Assembly (NCBI GenBank): GCA_963663965.2
Contig: CAXXFK010000006.1
Span: forward strand, 64,001 to 128,000
Reading direction: 5' to 3'
Length of the DNA stretch: 64,000 nucleotides
DNA from: Sedimentisphaerales bacterium
GTDB taxonomy: Bacteria > Planctomycetota > Phycisphaerae > Sedimentisphaerales > SM23-30
Shown: in pieces, positions 21,407 through 30,291 of the stretch
Layout of the letters: each line of letters starts with the position of its first letter
How positions within the stretch are numbered: the stretch's first letter is position 1
The notes under the pieces: generated by a model
Databases searched by the model: none
Told to the model about the DNA's origin: nothing
Seen by the model: the letters and a program-made list of their open reading frames with translations, nothing else
Program-made: the position numbers and the translations under genes

Positions 21407-22543
21407 TCAGCGTTTAGCGTTCGCGCTGTAGAAGATGCTTATGAATAACGTTGTTGAGGCGAATATAATCCATCCTGAACCGGCAGGAATGCCCCAGCTG
21501 ATCAAATATAATATCGAATAGCACAGGCCACAGGCGATAAAAGTCCAGACCTTGGATCTTCTAATAAATAATATACAGAGAAACAGGCTGATAATCCCAA
21601 ATATAATGATAAATACCACACGATTCCCTGTGGTGTCTCTACCTCCCCAGTGCCCGATGAGGCCGGTTTGTAAAATATCCGGAAGAACAGTGGACGCTTG
21701 CATCAGTTGTTTGTATTTAATGGGAACATCCTTGTCAACCCATGGGATCAACAGGTTCCGGGCCTCGCGGAAATCACCCGCTCCATGTTTGTACCAGGCC
21801 AGGTTAAAAGCGGCCGATGGCATGGTGAGGCATTTTTCATAAGCTTCCCGGGCGATAAGTTCTGCCTGGCCGCTCTGGTGAAGTCTTTCGTAAACCACCG
21901 TTAAATTGATTAAGGATGGGATATAACCTGGGTTTTGTTTTCTCAGGCATTCAAGGTTTAGCTGGGCCGTAAGATCTTCGTTTCGATGCAATTCGGACAA
22001 GGCCAGATTGTTCCTTGCGTCAAAGTGATAGGGCTTCGCCTGTAACGCGAGAGTATACTTTTCAATGGCCCCGTCAAAATCGCCATTGCGGTATAATGTA
22101 TTGCCCTCTTCATAAAACGTGGCGCCCTCATTACTTTCCACGCCGGGGTCTTGATACTCCTCAACCATTGAAATCCATTCCTTTACGGCATCCTGGACTT
22201 GTTCGCATTTTCGATATGGATTTAACTTGTACAGTTCCTTTCGGACGCCAATGGACTCGAAGGTAAATCCTTTGACGACCATTTGATTGATCGTCGTGAT
22301 CGAATCGCCCGCAATGTCATCGTATTCTTTGAGCGGGCCTGTCAGATACATTTTGTCGGCGCTGACAAAATCGTGGGGATCCGCTCCAAACTGATAGTTT
22401 CCAAATTGAGATTCCTCTGTGTTGTCGGCGTAACAGGATGATCCGCCGCCAATGAGAATAACGCCCCCGGACAGAATCAAGAGCAGAGATAACGCAATTT
22501 GCTTCGCAGCTTTAAAATAATTCATGACAATCCCTTTTTGCAA
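21407..22543 (-). CDS. Tetratricopeptide-repeat protein with N-terminal signal and C-terminal TM helices
   Basis: GNTLYRNGDFDGAIEKYTLAL, ARNNLA, AAFNLA TPR motifs; about three C-terminal hydrophobic helices. Confidence 0.8.
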   Translation of the reverse strand: MQKGIVMNYFKAAKQIALSLLLILSGGVILIGGGSSCYADNTEESQFGNYQFGADPHDFVSADKMYLTGPLKEYDDIAGDSITTINQMVVKGFTFESIGVRKELYKLNPYRKCEQVQDAVKEWISMVEEYQDPGVESNEGATFYEEGNTLYRNGDFDGAIEKYTLALQAKPYHFDARNNLALSELHRNEDLTAQLNLECLRKQNPGYIPSLINLTVVYERLHQSGQAELIAREAYEKCLTMPSAAFNLAWYKHGAGDFREARNLLIPWVDKDVPIKYKQLMQASTVLPDILQTGLIGHWGGRDTTGNRVVFIIIFGIISLFLCILFIRRSKVWTFIACGLCYSILYLISWGIPAGSGWIIFASTTLFISIFYSANAKR

Positions 22544-22556
22544 ATACTTGATACTG

Positions 22557-22898
22557 TTACTTTAATGCACCGGCGCGCAGCGACACCCATAACCCCCCTC
22601 CTCCGCTCCGGTGACTGTTGCAGGAACAACTCACATGACCCACACAACTGCAGGCCGGAACGCAGGTACATACCTTATTGCATGAGCAGTAGACAGCGCC
22701 TACGGGATGACAGGAACACCCGGTTTCAGTGCGTTCTTCGTTGATGAGACCGGAGGTGTCCGAAAAGAACGTGTCTAGACTTGGACGTGGAAATTCCTTG
22801 CCATTGATAATCATGGTTATTTGGGGGATGGAATTGTCATCCTCGTTGCTGTCAGTTAAGTTGGGACGATCATTGGGCCTGTCGCTCATGGGTTTCAT
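22557..22898 (-). CDS. Cys-rich putative RiPP precursor peptide (CxC repeats); true C-terminus probably ...GGGGYGCRCAPVH with stop at 22562
   Basis: Acidic leader with FPRPSL motif; core CSC-CSC-CTC-CSC-CSC; overlaps the 3' end of the rSAM-SPASM gene; 6-G run at 22593-22598. Confidence 0.75.
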   Translation of the reverse strand: MKPMSDRPNDRPNLTDSNEDDNSIPQITMIINGKEFPRPSLDTFFSDTSGLINEERTETGCSCHPVGAVYCSCNKVCTCVPACSCVGHVSCSCNSHRSGGGGLWVSLRAGALK

Positions 22899-24267
22899 TC
22901 CTGTCTTTTGGGCATTCAGCCGATTCGGATAAACGGATTTTAACTAAATGTTCAAGTTGCAACCGGGTTAACGCTCTGTTCAGGTCGCAGCGGATAGTGC
23001 CACAGTGCGGACTGTCATTATCTCGATTTTTAAACACTTTCGCAAGGCAATCCCCGGCGCAATGCCATTTACAGAAGCAATCGGCACAGTAGGGGTGGTT
23101 CTCGACCGACAATCTTCGCAGCGCTTCAATTCGGTTATGGTCAAAGCAAAACATCGATTTCGCTTGATCGTATCGCCCGTAATGAAAAATCCCGGCTCGA
23201 GGATCGGCACAGTCCATTACTTCATAACAGGAAGTGACAATGCCTTCGGGAAGGATCGTGAAGCCATCTCCTGAGGCGGCGCAAAATTTACTTGTGATGA
23301 CATCGAGTCTTGCGCCGCTGTAATTCACATCGACCCCCAGTTCCCGTCCGCGTTCATAAGCTTTCATGAAATGCTCAATAAAAATATCGTCCGGGGGGGG
23401 CGACTCGCCGCTGATGGCGCATCGGCCGCAAAGGAAAACGGGCTCCATCTGCAAATAGGCAAACTGAAATTGATCGCGCAGCTTTTCGACGATTTCCACC
23501 ATTCGCGTAACGGTTGACCGGGTAATCGTCGTTCGAATGCCATAGAAAAAGCCGGCCTCGTCAAAATATTTCAGGGTCTCGGCTATTTCAGCGTAAGAAC
23601 CGTTGCCGTCCGTTTTGGGGCGATTATAGTCATGGATGTCCTGGGGGCCGTCCAGGGAGATGTTGACCGTGGAAAAATGCCGGGCGATAAATTCCCGTTG
23701 CTCTTTGGAAAGTAAACCATTGGTAGCCGCGAACAGGTTCACATCAAGCCCTTTTTGGGCGGCAACCTCACAGGCATATGTTACGGATTGTTGAATAAAA
23801 TCCCAGGCCTGGGTGGGTTCGCCCCCTCCATGATAGCCTACGGAAAAATTTTTGCTTCCCAGCCGGGCCGCATTTCTTGCGACAAAGTCGATGGCGGCTT
23901 TTCCGATCTCAAAAGGCATTTCTAAAAATCGGGTTCCGGCGTTCGCGTAACAATATCGGCAGCGAAGGTTGCACCGCGAGGTGGGAAATAGAGTGACCTC
24001 ATGTGGACTGAATTCACCTTGTTCCGGAAATCGGGGACTGTGCAGGGTGGGGGGATCGATGATTCCCTCTTGTCTGAGCTGGTCGATGATGGCGGAAGCC
24101 TCCGGGGACAATTCTGATCCATTGTTATTTAAATACGCCGACACAATTCTCGCCGCGGCGCGATTAATTACGGCAACACTCCGCAGAAGGGGGGCGTATA
24201 AATAATAGTCATCTCCAGAACGGGGAATTAAAAACAAATCATTGTTTTCTCTTGGGGACATAATCAT
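22870..24267 (-). CDS. Radical SAM/SPASM domain peptide maturase with an N-terminal RRE-like domain
   Basis: CNLRCRYC, YHGGGEP, ATNG, ISLDG...HDYNR; SPASM FCAAS...GIVTSC...CADCFCKWHCAGDC...C; N-terminal YYLYAP...LRQEGII. Confidence 0.92.
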   Translation of the reverse strand: MIMSPRENNDLFLIPRSGDDYYLYAPLLRSVAVINRAAARIVSAYLNNNGSELSPEASAIIDQLRQEGIIDPPTLHSPRFPEQGEFSPHEVTLFPTSRCNLRCRYCYANAGTRFLEMPFEIGKAAIDFVARNAARLGSKNFSVGYHGGGEPTQAWDFIQQSVTYACEVAAQKGLDVNLFAATNGLLSKEQREFIARHFSTVNISLDGPQDIHDYNRPKTDGNGSYAEIAETLKYFDEAGFFYGIRTTITRSTVTRMVEIVEKLRDQFQFAYLQMEPVFLCGRCAISGESPPPDDIFIEHFMKAYERGRELGVDVNYSGARLDVITSKFCAASGDGFTILPEGIVTSCYEVMDCADPRAGIFHYGRYDQAKSMFCFDHNRIEALRRLSVENHPYCADCFCKWHCAGDCLAKVFKNRDNDSPHCGTIRCDLNRALTRLQLEHLVKIRLSESAECPKDRNETHERQAQ

Positions 24268-24785
24268 TAACTGTAGCTTTCTGTATAATTATCGACAATA
24301 CAGGCATAAAAGGGCTCTGCCAGAAATCCCATCGCACCGAGTTGAGATATGAAATAGGCGATTTGTGCACAAAACCGAGAGTGCAATGTCAATCCATGCG
24401 AACGGGCTGTTAATCTGGCGATATCCTCCACCGTGTGTCGGCCATCTAACAGTTGAATGACTTCCGCCCCCAGTTTATTGACGACACACAACGAGGAGTC
24501 GGCATCATTTTCTTGCTTGACAACCAGATCAGATTTATCGTTAGAAACATGCACATCTGTCTTGAGTTGCGGATAGCAGGGTTTTTCTAAAGCAGGGTTT
24601 CCGGAATGCATCTCATCTGAAGGGGGCCTGGTAAATGCAAAATATCCGACTATTGATCCCACCGATCCAACACCCAGGGTAATGATAAAATTTCGCCGGG
24701 TATAATCTTTAGAAACGGGATGACTATCTACTTTTTTAAAAGCATGCAATTGGTTGAGTTCTGAATGGTCATCATGTTCAGACAT
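24267..24785 (-). CDS. PqqD-family / RiPP recognition element protein with a twin-arginine N-terminal signal or anchor
   Basis: AAGGAG RBS before ATG 24785; TRRNFII followed by a hydrophobic stretch; VVNKLGAEVIQLLDGRHTVEDIA...FISQLGAMGFL PqqD pattern. Confidence 0.75.
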   Translation of the reverse strand: MSEHDDHSELNQLHAFKKVDSHPVSKDYTRRNFIITLGVGSVGSIVGYFAFTRPPSDEMHSGNPALEKPCYPQLKTDVHVSNDKSDLVVKQENDADSSLCVVNKLGAEVIQLLDGRHTVEDIARLTARSHGLTLHSRFCAQIAYFISQLGAMGFLAEPFYACIVDNYTESYS

Positions 24786-25056
24786 TGACAGCTCCTTCGA
24801 AACTATTTTTTTATCGATAGTTATATAATAAATCCAATCAAAGACCATTTTTTATAATATATCAAACAGACAGCTGTTTGTCCAAAAGAAAATATTGGGT
24901 TATTTTAATCTCTGTTTGGTCTGGCTCTCACTTTCTATCTGCTACGCGTAACCGATGAAAATTATCCATGTGTTTTCCCTTGCATATCCCCTTTCAGCAA
25001 GTATAGTTAATGCCTTGCAAACCATTTAAACCATATGCCTCAAAGGAGTTAATGCC

Positions 25057-27390
25057 ATGAAATCCAGTTACTTACAGTTACGCCCCATGCTTGAATCCGT
25101 TCTCATAATCGCGCTGGCCCTCACCACCATCTCCTGTCAGCAGTTCCAGTCTGCTTCCTCAACCGGCCCAAATACCCCCGGCCTGTCCCAGTATATTCGC
25201 CCGATCATCGGCACCAAAGGCGAAGGCAACGTCTATCCCGGCCCCTCGGCCCCATTCGGCATGATTCAGCTCAGTCCCGATACTGACAAAGTCCTCTGGG
25301 CCACCGCCTCCGGCTACGAATACTCTGATCCCACTATACTGGGCTTCAGCCTGACCCACCTTTCCGGTACCGGTATCCCTGACCTGGGTGATTTTCTCTT
25401 CATGCCCCAGGTCGGCACGCCCGAACTCGTCAGCGGTACTAAAGACCAGCCCGACCAGGGCTATCAATCCCCTTATTCCCACGATGACGAAGTTGCCTCA
25501 GCCGGCTACTACAAAGTCAAACTCCAGAAATCCGGCGTCACCACCGAACTGGCCGCTACCGTCCACGCCGGTATTCTGCGTTTCACCTTCCCGGCCAGCG
25601 ATGAAGCCTCCATCATGACCGATCTGGCCCACGTCCTCAGCGGCGGCCGCTGGAAAGCCGCCCAGTCCCATGTCCGCATTGAAGACGACGCCACTGTGAC
25701 CGGTTACCACCTGATCAACGGCTGGGCCAAAGAACGCCATCTTTATTATGCCGCGCGCTACTCCCGTCCCTTCGACGAAGGTGTCATCTACAGCAACGGC
25801 AAGCGCGTCTTCTATGACAGCCACGCCAATTACCGCTTCCGCAGTTGCAAGGAAGCCGCCGGCACCAACCTGCAGTTCCTGGCCAAATACAAAACCAGAG
25901 CCGGCGAGGTCATTCAGGTCAAAGTGGCCGTCTCCACCGTCAGCGCCGCCAACGCCCTGGAAAACCTCGACGCCGAAATCCCCGGCTGGAACTTTGAAAA
26001 AGTCGTCGCCGACACCTGTAAGCTCTGGGACAAAGAACTCGCCTGCATGACTATCGAAGGCACCCAGACCGAAAAAGAGACCTTCTATACCGCGCTCTAT
26101 CACGCCTTCCTCATGCCTAACACCCATCAGGATGTCAACGGCCAGTATCGCGGATTCGACCAGAACATCCATACTGCCGATGGCTTTACCAAGTATACCA
26201 TCTTCTCCCTCTGGGACACCTACCGCGCCACCCATCCACTCTTTGCCCTGGTCCAGGCCAGACGTGATTCCGATATGATCAACTCCATGCTCGCCCACTA
26301 TGACCAGAGCGTGGACCACCTCCTGCCCGTCTGGGAGCTGCAAGGCAACGAAACCTGGTGCATGATCGGTTACCACTCCGTTCCCGTGATTGCCGACGGC
26401 TATCTCAAGGGCGTCAAAGGCTTCGATCCCGAACGCGCCTACCAGGCCATCAAGACTACCGCCATGAACCCCCATTACGATTCCGTGGCTGAATACGCCC
26501 GACTCGGCTGGGTTCCCTTCGATCACGAAAACGAATCGGTCTCCAAGACCCTCGAATATGCCTATGATGATTACACTATCGCGCAGATGGCCAAAGCCCT
26601 CGGCAAAACCGAAGATTACACCTACTTTATGAAACGCGCCGGCCATTATAAAAACATCTGGGACAACGAAACCGGTTTTATGCGCGGCCGCGATTCCCAG
26701 GGCAACTGGCGCACACCCTTCGATCCCCAGGGCTTCGTCCAGGGCGGCGATATCACCGAAGGCACCAGCTGGCAGTACAGCTGGTACGTCCCGCACGATG
26801 TCCCCGGCCTGATCCGGCTGATGGGCGGCAAAGAGGCCTTCCTCAAAAAGCTTGACACCTTGTTCCAGCTCGCCGCATCCGAAAACAGCGATTCTGGTGT
26901 CGATGATATCTACGGCCGCATTGGCGAATATTGGCACGGCAACGAACCCAGCCACCACATTATCTACCTCTATTGCTACGCCGGCCAACCCTGGAAAGCC
27001 CAGCAGTTGCTCCATACCGTCGTCAAGACCCAATACGGCAACCAGCCCCAATCGCTCACCGGCAACGATGACTGCGGCCAGATGTCCGCCTGGTACATGT
27101 TTACCTGCATGGGCTTCTATCCCGTCGCCCCGGCCAGCGACTATTACGTTATCGGCGCGCCCCAGATGAAGAAAATCGCCATGCGGCTCTCCAACGGAAA
27201 AACCTTCACCATGACCGCCGAAAACCTCTCCGAATCCAACCTCTACGTCCAGTCCGTCAAACTCAACGGCAAAGACTGGGCCAGCCCGTTCCTGCCCTAC
27301 GCCGAACTCAAAAACGGCGGCACCCTCGAATTCACCATGGGCCCAACCCCCAACAAATCCTGGGGCGCCAATCCTGTCATCCCACAATAA
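25057..27390 (+). CDS. Glycoside hydrolase family 92 (alpha-1,2-mannosidase-like), lipoprotein
   Basis: PGPSAPFGMIQLSPDT, THLSGTG, FSLWDTYRA, SKTLEYAYDD, HGNEPSHH, GNDDCGQMSAWY. Confidence 0.96.
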   Translation: MKSSYLQLRPMLESVLIIALALTTISCQQFQSASSTGPNTPGLSQYIRPIIGTKGEGNVYPGPSAPFGMIQLSPDTDKVLWATASGYEYSDPTILGFSLTHLSGTGIPDLGDFLFMPQVGTPELVSGTKDQPDQGYQSPYSHDDEVASAGYYKVKLQKSGVTTELAATVHAGILRFTFPASDEASIMTDLAHVLSGGRWKAAQSHVRIEDDATVTGYHLINGWAKERHLYYAARYSRPFDEGVIYSNGKRVFYDSHANYRFRSCKEAAGTNLQFLAKYKTRAGEVIQVKVAVSTVSAANALENLDAEIPGWNFEKVVADTCKLWDKELACMTIEGTQTEKETFYTALYHAFLMPNTHQDVNGQYRGFDQNIHTADGFTKYTIFSLWDTYRATHPLFALVQARRDSDMINSMLAHYDQSVDHLLPVWELQGNETWCMIGYHSVPVIADGYLKGVKGFDPERAYQAIKTTAMNPHYDSVAEYARLGWVPFDHENESVSKTLEYAYDDYTIAQMAKALGKTEDYTYFMKRAGHYKNIWDNETGFMRGRDSQGNWRTPFDPQGFVQGGDITEGTSWQYSWYVPHDVPGLIRLMGGKEAFLKKLDTLFQLAASENSDSGVDDIYGRIGEYWHGNEPSHHIIYLYCYAGQPWKAQQLLHTVVKTQYGNQPQSLTGNDDCGQMSAWYMFTCMGFYPVAPASDYYVIGAPQMKKIAMRLSNGKTFTMTAENLSESNLYVQSVKLNGKDWASPFLPYAELKNGGTLEFTMGPTPNKSWGANPVIPQ

Positions 27391-27421
27391 CCAACCACAT
27401 TATAACCCCCAATCAAACACT

Positions 27422-27449
27422 GGCCGGCTCCTTAAAAGACCGGCTTTTT
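27422..27449 (+). terminator. Probable intrinsic terminator
   Basis: GCCGG...CCGGC stem plus TTTTT. Confidence 0.5.
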
Positions 27450-27502
27450 CATTCTCCCGCCCCAATAGTTTCGCTGATGATCAATTAAATTGGAATGAAT
27501 GC

Positions 27503-27841
27503 TTACATCGTCTTTATTCTGACGGTCAAATCCATGGGATTATATCGTTGTAATTCTGTAGATAAACCAATATGTCCCTTCAGCCTGAGATGAAGTTTTT
27601 TAAGGTTCTTGCGGTTGATCACGATCCGAATATGGGTTTCATAGTCGTAGTAATCCGGCAATTGGTTATGAAGATATTCTTTGACCCGCTGATGAGAAAG
27701 GAACCGGTAAATACTGGAACGATCTTCAAGGGTAAAAACGGCATCTGGAAAATCATCGATCATAGCTAAGGCATCCTGAATACCATGGACATCCTTTTCA
27801 TAAACGGTTTTCCGGCCCAACAGCCAATCGATCATTTTCAT
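27503..27841 (-). CDS. Hypothetical protein
   Basis: 112-aa ORF in line with the upstream operon; no motif recognised. Confidence 0.6.
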   Translation of the reverse strand: MKMIDWLLGRKTVYEKDVHGIQDALAMIDDFPDAVFTLEDRSSIYRFLSHQRVKEYLHNQLPDYYDYETHIRIVINRKNLKKLHLRLKGHIGLSTELQRYNPMDLTVRIKTM

Positions 27842-27876
27842 CGGAGCGCCTTCTCTTGAATGATTTGTTTCAAGAC

Positions 27877-28803
27877 TCAGTTGTCAGCGTATGTCAGGTA
27901 AAATGCTTTGTCATTTATAGTTTCTGAATAGACCTCGCCGCTTGTGATCAGTTCTTCCAGATATTTTAACGCTTCATTGAGATGCAGGCCTAAACCATTG
28001 GCAATGTCGGCAACGGAACAAGGCCGCCGCCTCAATAATTCAGTGATATCATCCCGGTGTGCGATAAGATCAGGCTGATGATGGACACCGTGAAAGTCGG
28101 CGATAACCTCTGTTGCCGGATACAGTTGAGCCGCAATCTCATCCAGCCGCCCGGCCGAAACCGCTTTGGCCGATTTTTCAGCGGGGGGCCGCACCACGGT
28201 ATTCAATTGAAGCTTGTCCGGGGCAATGATTCCAATGTAACGTGACAGATTATCCAGCGCTCGCGGTGTTGTATTGATGTGATCCAGTATCATAACTTCC
28301 AGCCAGATCTTACCCTGGTAATCCTGTCGAAATGCCCTCAGACCGTCAAGCATCCGCCAGAATGGAATCGTTTCAATGGGACGGTTGATGAGGTGGAACA
28401 TCTCTGGATCACCGGCATCCAGAGAGGGAATGACCAGGTCGGCATGCGTCAGATGCTGTCTTACCTGGGGCAGCCACAGCAAAGAACCATTCGTTAAGAC
28501 TGCTATGGGAATATCGGTCAGATCTTTGAGTCGGTCAATCAGATCATGTATGGGCGTATAGAGTGTCGGTTCTCCTGATCCTGATAAGGTGATATAATCT
28601 GGACAGGTGGCTAATTGACGACGGACCTCCCGAATAATCTCTTCCAGCGGAAACCAGGTATGTTGCCGGGTTGTCTTAAGGGTGGTGCGGCCCAGTTGGC
28701 AATACACACAATCGTAGGAACAGGTTTTATAGGGAACCAGGTCAACCCCCAGGGAGCGCCCGAGGCGACGGGATGGGACCGGTCCAAACACATTGTTTCT
28801 CAT
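27877..28803 (-). CDS. Radical SAM Fe-S oxidoreductase (TYW1-related bacterial family) with C-terminal wHTH
   Basis: VFGPVPSRRLGRSLGVDL, CSYDCVYC, SGSGEPTL, LTNGSLL. Confidence 0.9.
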   Translation of the reverse strand: MRNNVFGPVPSRRLGRSLGVDLVPYKTCSYDCVYCQLGRTTLKTTRQHTWFPLEEIIREVRRQLATCPDYITLSGSGEPTLYTPIHDLIDRLKDLTDIPIAVLTNGSLLWLPQVRQHLTHADLVIPSLDAGDPEMFHLINRPIETIPFWRMLDGLRAFRQDYQGKIWLEVMILDHINTTPRALDNLSRYIGIIAPDKLQLNTVVRPPAEKSAKAVSAGRLDEIAAQLYPATEVIADFHGVHHQPDLIAHRDDITELLRRRPCSVADIANGLGLHLNEALKYLEELITSGEVYSETINDKAFYLTYADN

Positions 28804-28839
28804 AACCATCTCCCGTTTGTCAGGTGTGGGGTGGTTCGT

Positions 28840-29370
28840 TCACTCATCGGTTGTAGTTCCTTCAATGGGATGGTTCAATTTCATAAATTTGCCGGTCGCC
28901 ACCACTCGAAGCTGATCGTCTTGAATAATTTCTGCTTCGACCACATAAATCGGAGGGGTTTCGCGCACGATCCAGGCGCGCACCTGTCCATAGTGGCCCG
29001 TCAATATTGGATGACGAAAGCGAATATGCAGATCGGCGGTAACGGCGACACAATTCTGTGCGAATAGGCAGTTCGCCATGGCGCCGTCCAGGATGGCGGA
29101 GATCACCCCGCCGTGCAGTCGATTGCCGTATCCCTGGTAATTCCGGTCAAATTGAAACTGGGCCGAAACTTCCTTCTCGCCGGTGACGCGATAATCCATC
29201 TTTAGACCGCTCAGATTATCCGGGGAACAGACAATGCAACCCGGATGAACCTGTTGGCGTAGATCGACCAGTTGAAGGTCCTGCTGGTTTAGTGTGTTGA
29301 TAATCAATCGATTCTCTTTCAATTTAATGGTAATATAACATCCCTGTGAGTCAGGCCATACCTTGCTCAT
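28840..29370 (-). CDS. PaaI-family hotdog thioesterase
   Basis: CIVCSPDN, QGYGNRLHGGVISAILD, VTADLHIRFRHP. Confidence 0.88.
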   Translation of the reverse strand: MSKVWPDSQGCYITIKLKENRLIINTLNQQDLQLVDLRQQVHPGCIVCSPDNLSGLKMDYRVTGEKEVSAQFQFDRNYQGYGNRLHGGVISAILDGAMANCLFAQNCVAVTADLHIRFRHPILTGHYGQVRAWIVRETPPIYVVEAEIIQDDQLRVVATGKFMKLNHPIEGTTTDE

Positions 29371-29397
29371 TGGGTAGATCTGGGCCGCTAAGCGGAG

Positions 29398-29751
29398 TTA
29401 TTGGGCGCTGCTCTTTTCCAGTTCACTGATTCGCTGTTTGATCTCATGAATGGCTTCTTCATGAAATTGGAGTTGCTCATTCAGCGCTTCGGTTTCCTGC
29501 TCGACAGTCGGCCTCTCTCTATAAGGCAATCCATAGCCCCAACCGGCGCCATAGCGGTAGGCGGCGCCCAGCCGTCCCCGGCCGCCCGGGCCCATCATGC
29601 GACCCCTGCCGCGCCCGCGTCGCGCAAAACCAGATCCAACAAGAAACATTCCATGAGCATATCCGGGAGAGTCAAAACCCGCACAGAATCCGGCTGCTCG
29701 TCCAGTCATAGGCCCCATACCCATAGGGCCGGTTCCATCGCCGCCTGGCAT
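29398..29751 (-). CDS. DUF5320-family protein
   Basis: MPGGDGTGPMGMGPMTGRAAGFCAG, Gly/Arg-rich middle, coiled-coil C-terminus. Confidence 0.85.
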   Translation of the reverse strand: MPGGDGTGPMGMGPMTGRAAGFCAGFDSPGYAHGMFLVGSGFARRGRGRGRMMGPGGRGRLGAAYRYGAGWGYGLPYRERPTVEQETEALNEQLQFHEEAIHEIKQRISELEKSSAQ

Positions 29752-29811
29752 AATCAAGTCCTTTCAATAATCGAATTTTCATTTGTTGATATCGTATATC
29801 TATCCGCAATC

Positions 29812-30210
29812 TCACCCATTGCGGTTGGTTGGCTTGTTATTCTCTTTCCCGCAGTTTGGATCGTTACTATCCGGTTGTTGGCAACCCGGCATAAAAAAGC
29901 CCGGGGCGTTGATTTCTCCAGTCAGATAGGCTGTTACAATCGATTCGATAAGACCGCAGCGATTCGCCAGAATCTCAATTTGATTGGAGCGTAACGCCGC
30001 TTCATGCAGTTGCGAGATCGCGCCGCATATCACCAGATCAACCCCCTGTCCGGATAAGACAACGGCCCGGCCCCAATAATCCTTTGTATCCAGTGCCAGC
30101 GATTGCCGTTGCGTTTCCTGGTTTTCTTCAACATCCACCAGTAACATGGTGGCGGCTTCATCAAATACCGGCGAAAGCCGGTTCTGCCATTGTGGTAAAG
30201 CAACTTTCAT
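29812..30210 (-). CDS. NifB/NifX-family dinitrogenase FeMo-cofactor-type domain protein
   Basis: MKVALPQWQNRLSPVFDEA, VDLVICGAIS, FFMPGC. Confidence 0.85.
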   Translation of the reverse strand: MKVALPQWQNRLSPVFDEAATMLLVDVEENQETQRQSLALDTKDYWGRAVVLSGQGVDLVICGAISQLHEAALRSNQIEILANRCGLIESIVTAYLTGEINAPGFFMPGCQQPDSNDPNCGKENNKPTNRNG

Positions 30211-30221
30211 ATTTATCTTAA

Positions 30222-30238
30222 TGCATTTTTTGTGCCAG
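30222..30238 (-). promoter_or_regulatory. Sigma54 (-24/-12) promoter for the NifX-like operon
   Basis: Minus strand TGGCACAAAAAATGCA with exact GG-N10-GC spacing; a divergent sigma54 activator is adjacent. Confidence 0.8.
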
Positions 30239-30291
30239 ATGATTTGTGTTGATGTAAAATATTTAAATACAATAAGATAAGGTGTGAATGC

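Noticed and set aside
22557..22898. Selenocysteine-containing precursor or simple metallothionein
   Set aside because: No in-frame TGA. The long Cys-free leader with FxxPxL and the adjacent RRE and rSAM favour a modified peptide, although metal binding is not excluded.
25498..27387. 629-aa antisense ORF opposite the GH92 gene (also 12179-12871 and 14200-14937)
   Set aside because: Shadow ORFs produced by the strong C-ending codon bias of the real genes; no recognisable motifs.
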